A DNA stretch of 64,000 bases from Raillietiella orientalis (Eukaryota). Positions 59,401 through 64,000 of this stretch are shown here, one piece after another. Made by a program: the position numbers and the translations under genes. Location: contig JAYWIR010000034.1 in assembly GCA_036172245.1 (NCBI GenBank), positions 744,001-808,000 of the forward strand. Reading direction: 5' to 3'. Under the pieces are notes generated by a model. It was not told where the DNA came from. It worked only from the letters and a program-made list of their open reading frames with translations, and did no database searches. Position 1 is the first letter of the stretch. Each line of letters starts with the position of its first letter.

Positions 59401-62400
59401 ATCCCCCCTCCATCCCGATCCAGTCGGATCCCCAGGGGATCCCGATGGGGATTAGGGATTCCCCGGGTTTGGTGGTGCTGGGGATTTCATCCTCCCCCTC
59501 CCTTTGTTGGAACTTGGAGACCCCGATCTAAGGGATGAAGAAAGTAGGGTCCGGAGATGCCTCGTCGCTTCGTGGTGGGTGCTGGGTAAGGGCTGACTCA
59601 ACCCCGGCTCCTGTCCTACTTCCTGGATCGCCCCATCGGCAGGAGACCGTCCCTCCGGAGAGGTCTCTTCACATCCTGCCGCACTGACCCCCGGGATGGA
59701 GAGGACCCGCTCGGTAGGCGCGCCGTCACACCCCTCCGGAGGAGGAAGGAGATGCCATAGGCCCACGGGAAAGGAGGGGCGCAGTGGAGGAATCCCCAGG
59801 AAGGTGCAGCGGTAGCCCCCCTCGGACCAGTCGGGAATGCCCCCTGCCCTTCTTCGCCCCCCCTCCCTACCCTTTCACGCAGCAGCCCCAGACAGAAGGG
59901 TCCCTCCTACCGCAGGAAGGAGGTCTCGCGGACGTGATCTTCCTTCTATCTCTGGACCTCCCGACCTTCCCACGCAGGCGGTCCTCTCGCACAAAGGGCC
60001 GGTGTCTCGCTCTTCAGCTCCCAGACACTCCCAGGAGAGCATCCGGGCACTGGTCTTCTCGAAGGCGCCTCTCCTCTCGAGGCCTCGCCAATCCGGGCAG
60101 TAAGCTGCTGGAAAGAGCGGTGGCTTGGACCCGCGTCCGGTCAGTCCCCCGTCAGGGTCCGCGGAGGGCAGGGTGATGCTCGCCGGCGAAGGCGGGAGCT
60201 GCGGTTTCCCGGACACCTCCCCCCCCCCTGCTCCCCACACCTCACCCTACCAGAACCGCGGCCGAGGGCGCTGAGGAGGAGGGGGGGGGGTGAGACGAGT
60301 GCGCCCCTCCTCCTACCGCAGGCCAGCACCGCCACACCGGCGGAAGCAGCTGCGCGGCCAAAGAGATGCGCGCCTCCGGGAGCTGAGGGCGAACTCAGCG
60401 CCGCGGGCCAGCTGGTGACAGCGCAGCTCTGCTGCTCCCTCCGACGCCCGCGGAGCACTCTGGCCGGTGACGTCACCGTGGCATGTCCTCCCTCATGACG
60501 AGCAGCGGTGTGCCGGTCGATACGAGGAGGCGACCGCGAAGACGGCGGTCAACCGGCCCTTGGCAGCGACTGCGGGAAGCGGAGGCGTCCTCGGGCTCTG
60601 CGTCGGAACGAGTATGGGGGCGATCTTGCCCCCTCTCACCAGCAGGATGACCCGGCGGGGGGAGACGATCGGGGGGAGGAGAAAGAGGAGGATTCCCGTA
60701 GGAGGATGAATCGCCGCCTCTTGGAAGGAGGGGGAAAAAGACGTCCCTCGTCCCGTCTGTTTGCTTTCGGAATTGGAAGGAACTCCGAAGGGGGAGGGGG
60801 AGGCGGAGAATTCCGCTCTCCAGGGTAACAAGCAAACGCACTCCTCCTTGCCGGGCTTGAAGAGACTCTTCCGGCGGAGCGACGTTACCGGGAGCTAAGG
60901 GGTGGCTCCTTCGCGCGCGCGGACGCTTCGGTGCTACTGCCAAGATGGCAGCAGGGTGTCCAGCTGCTTCTGAGCAGGGGGTTCCCCGTGTGACTGGTGC
61001 AAGCGTCCGGTTTCCATGCGACCGGAGTCCGGTCGGGGTGTGGGAAGGGGCGACGGGATCGTTCCCGCTCCCCTCCTTCCCTTCGATGGAACGCGGCACC
61101 CTCTTGAGGCCGCTTGGTCTCGCCCGGGGGACTGACCGCACCATCCCTTCGACGTGAGGCTCTCGCTCGCGGAGACGGGCGCTATCGTCGCCGCCTGCTA
61201 TGCACCGGATGGAAGTCCCGGACGCAGCGAAGGGAGGCCGACCGCGTGGCAGCTGCTACTACTCCGGCGAGGACGGACGGCTGCGGGGCGGTGTCTCACC
61301 TGCAAGAAGTCGCCTGGGAGGTCGCCACCATACGGAGCCGGCTCCCGGAAGGGAGGGAGGAGCGCTCCACGCCAAAGACGACCCCGTCCCTACCTTCCCG
61401 TCTTTTTTTTTTTTTAATGCATTTATTGTCCCCTCCCTCCCGCTCCCGACTGCCCTAAAGCGCCGGTGATCATCCCCGCTGCTCTCCTTTTTGTTCTTTT
61501 TTGGGAACCGCGTTCCCGACTTGCAAGTTTCGTTTTTTTAGATCTCCTACCTCCCGCCCCCATCCCCGGAGTGACCGGGTGGCAGCAACGCTCTCGCTCT
61601 CGCTCACGGGAAAAGGAAGAAAAAGGTGCGGAGAGAGAAACCCGGAAGGGGGGGAGCCAGAGATGGTGGATGCGTGGTGGAGGAGGAGCGGGAAGTCTCC
61701 ATGCACTCCAGGGCGCACTCAGGGCCTGCACCGGCCGTGGAATGCCAGGCGGAAGCCAGGCGGCTGCACGCCACGCCAAAGCCGCCAGCGTCGCCGTCGT
61801 CTGACATCCCGAGCGCGTGGCCTGGCGCCGATCCACTTCCGCTCTTCTTTCGTCGTTCTGTCGGGCGCACGGAGCGGCGGCGGTCGCTCCTTCGGGCGGT
61901 CACGGGCCCGCGAGCGCCGCGAATTTCTCCCGAGAGAACGAAGAGCTTGCTGTGGCCACGCCTTCCAGCGCCTTCCGCGGAAAAGTTTCGGGAAGGCCTC
62001 AGGGTCGGCTTCCCGTTTCACCCAAGGAGAGGAGTTTCGCGGAAGCGACACCGTCGCTTTCCCTGCGTCGCACCGGTCATCTCTCTGGCGACCGATGCGC
62101 AGGGGGTATAGGCGAACAGTAGGAGGGAAAACTGATCCTCCGCTTCCAAAGTCCAGTCCAAAGAGTGGTTTCGCTGTCGGCCTGGAAACCATTTGGTAAA
62201 CGAAGCTTCCGGAATGAGAAATCGCCACTTCGCTATCGGCCATAGCGAGGGAGCCTGCTCTCGAGCGGTCCAGGCTAAATCCGTGTCAGCTGCTCTCTTG
62301 GGTTCCTCCAGCAGCGAAAGTGAAGAATGCTTCTGGTGCTTCTCCTCCAGCACGTACGGCACAAAGAGCATGAGGTTCCAGAAGTCGTCTTCTGAAAAAA

Positions 62401-64000
62401 AAACCCTTGTGATGATCCAGGGAATCGCTCGGGAGGACCCCAGAAGACCCGCTCTAGCGACTCCCTAGCGCGCAGGATGCCCAGAGGCTAACGAAGACTG
62501 CGAACCAAAGTGGGGACGAGAGTCAGTCACGGGAATTCTCTGGAGAGGACCGAAACTGCCGAATCGACCTTCAGGATCTCCAGCACCTCCCAGCATGCAG
62601 CATCCCGGATGCAGAGGGCGCGGTCCATAAGACCAGGAACCTTCCAGAGATCCACGCCTGGTTCCGCTTCTCACGAGAAGACGCACATGCACTCTTGATG
62701 GTGACAGAGTTCCCACCCAAGTGGCTGAGGAACGTTGCCTGCCCTGATCTGCAGCTTGCGATGCGGTTTGCACTCCCCTCTGTCCCACAGTATCACAGTG
62801 CTTAGACCACCTTTGACGATTTCGAAATCACCCGGCACTGGAGCGAGATGATAAACCCGCAATCGACGGGCCTGAAGCTCATTTTCGGATCCTTCGGGAT
62901 CTTGGAGGGACCAGACTCCTGGACTGTTGCGTTAACGGGCTCGTTGGCTCCAGAGTTCTTGGAACGGAGAAGACGGAAAGGGAAGGCGCCTTTCAGGGCA
63001 AGTGGTCAGCCCCCTGGTGTGAAACGTCCGAGAACGCGTCTTCGGCCTGAGCAAAAGTCCCATTACACTCACCCGGAGAGCGGTTCCTGCATCTGGACAG
63101 GAGCCAGCAGCACCGGATTGGAGTTCAGTGCTACTGCTGCAAAGTGGGGTTTCTCTTCCCTGGCCTGACGGTGGGCCCGAGCAAACAGCTCCACCTTTCT
63201 TTCTGCTCTTTGCTTGCTAGTCTGCTAGTGCAGCAGGGTGAATCAGCAGCGCACAGGTGCTGCTGCGATGGCACAGCAGACCGAACGTCTTCGACTTCTG
63301 ACCCTTCCGCTGGAGGATCCCATGGAGCTCAAAGAATGATGGGCGGGGAGGGAAACCTATAGGCGCTTCTCGCCACCACGAGGTCTGCCTAGAAGCACAC
63401 TGCGTCCAGGCAGCTCACCGGACACTCTTTGATTTCCTGTCTTGGAAAAAGTGGAAAGTCGTCTCCACTCCTCTGAGACGGGCAGCCAACCCTTCCTCAA
63501 AAAGAATAGAGGTGTACGTAGCAAACAGACGCATGATGTGGGGAAACGGATTACATCCGCGCGTGCCTCAGGTATTTGACAATCCCGAAGGAATTCGGAA
63601 CCGAATCGAGTCGGCCCCGGGACTCCCACAGAATCTCCCAGGAGAACTGGTTCCCGACCGGCTTCCCTCCTTTATAGTTGCTTCGGTACGAGGACGACGT
63701 CTTGCGCACCGGACTGCTACCATCTCGGGGGGAAGCACCAGGTTGCCGTGACGGCGGCATTGCGGGACTGCAGGAAGCTCGCGCGCGCTAACGGCCTCCT
63801 TGTTGGAGAGCGCACGCGCTGTACCAGAATCCGGAACGAAGGACGCATCTTCGCTGTTCTCCTGCATCCGCTTCACTCACGCACTTATGCTCGCCCTACG
63901 TCTGAGGAACCAGGAGATGTCGCTTCCCACACATCTTCCGGGTTGGAATCAGCCCCATGGATTGTGGCGATCGAAGGAACGTCTTGAATTCTCCCCCGAG

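Noticed and set aside
17000..64000. Hundreds of overlapping ORFs up to 485 aa (e.g. 18727-20184, 36423-37484, 38970-40154, 52223-53647)
   Set aside because: Arg/Pro/Gly/Ser-rich, no recognisable domains, present in all six frames; expected from stop-codon scarcity in GC-rich DNA.

Overview
Eukaryotic (animal, probably arthropod) genomic DNA with two sharply different compartments. 1-~16 kb is AT-rich and gene-dense, with housekeeping genes split by very short (37-56 nt) introns: CCDC102-like (-), RBM34 (+), MCMBP (-), UQCC2 (+) and METTL15 (+), plus probable decayed LINE fragments. ~17-64 kb is GC/CpG-rich and gene-poor and holds two tandem prospero/Prox homeobox paralogs on the minus strand (copy A 23331-25916; copy B 53389-55820). 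Most of the many ORF-track ORFs there are GC-content artefacts. Main observations: (i) UQCC2 stops only 5 nt before the ATG of an intronless METTL15, and UQCC2 exon 1 can also splice in frame into METTL15, suggesting a dicistronic or shared-first-exon locus for two mitochondrial gene-expression factors; (ii) prospero B needs a minor-spliceosome (U12, AT-AC) intron to encode its homeodomain, while prospero A has lost that intron, and the reverse holds for a second intron; (iii) MCMBP has an obligatory intron with a U12 donor that appears ultra-short and lacks an in-frame AC acceptor; (iv) RBM34 and MCMBP abut or overlap tail-to-tail; (v) both prospero copies share promoter motifs and miR-279-type seed sites. 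Gene identities come from remembered family motifs, not database searches.
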